64,000 nucleotides of DNA from Raillietiella orientalis (Eukaryota): the NCBI GenBank assembly GCA_036172245.1, contig JAYWIR010000017.1, positions 3,720,001-3,784,000 on the forward strand, written 5' to 3'. Shown here piece after piece: positions 63,601 to 64,000 of the stretch (position 1 is the first letter of the stretch; every line of letters starts with the position of its first letter). The translations under genes were made by a program, and so were the position numbers. Below the pieces are notes generated by a model. The model saw only the letters and a list, made by a program, of their open reading frames with translations, had not been told where the DNA came from and searched no databases.

Positions 63601-64000
63601 ATGGGTGATCTTCTCAGCTTCCACGCAGGCTAGACTAACTTGTCATAAGGTGAGGTCAATGCAAGACTGTTTATTTCTCTACACGGGTATTGTGACACAG
63701 TAGGTGTTACGTATGCGTATATGAGTGCAGTATGTAAATGTGTGCTCAACTCGTGCATATCAGCATCAGCATTCTCAACATCTCAACAATCATCTAATCA
63801 GAAAATTTTCCAGATGCTATTTCTTTTAAAGTATCGATGAGTTTACTGTACCACGTTCCCGAGGGATGCATCCCAGAATTCCTATCAAGCAGTTAGCATC
63901 AGACAAGCCCTTCTTTCACCTTTATGCCATCCAAACGAGGCCTTTGACTTTGTCTTCGGCAGTGTTCCATTTTTCGATCTCCCCCAATCACTTCTGAAAT

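Noticed and set aside
1..64000. Prokaryotic systems (CRISPR arrays, operons, rRNA genes)
   Set aside because: No regularly spaced repeats or rRNA-like sequence; the recognisable genes have spliceosomal introns.

Overview
Eukaryotic (invertebrate-animal-like) genomic DNA in three compositional zones. (1) About 1-14.6 kb is GC-rich and mostly made of decayed L1/Tx1-type non-LTR retrotransposons, including an apparent head-to-tail chain on the minus strand. It also holds a 63-bp near-perfect palindrome, and just downstream there is an identical 211-bp exon-like duplication. (2) About 26-50 kb is AT-rich. It carries an ELL-associated factor gene (EAF, minus), a hAT transposase relic, a multi-exon non-coding host transcript whose intron contains a C/D-box snoRNA predicted to guide U6 Cm60 methylation (SNORD67-like), and a complete 22-exon AP-3 complex delta subunit gene (AP3D1, plus) with mostly 39-61 bp introns and one GC-AG intron. 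(3) About 51.5-57.7 kb is very GC-rich and contains a two-exon gene for a ~654-aa secreted low-complexity protein ending in a single Ig domain that is only visible after splicing. The last ~6 kb looks like degenerate repeat or pseudogene sequence. All calls were made by eye, without database searches.
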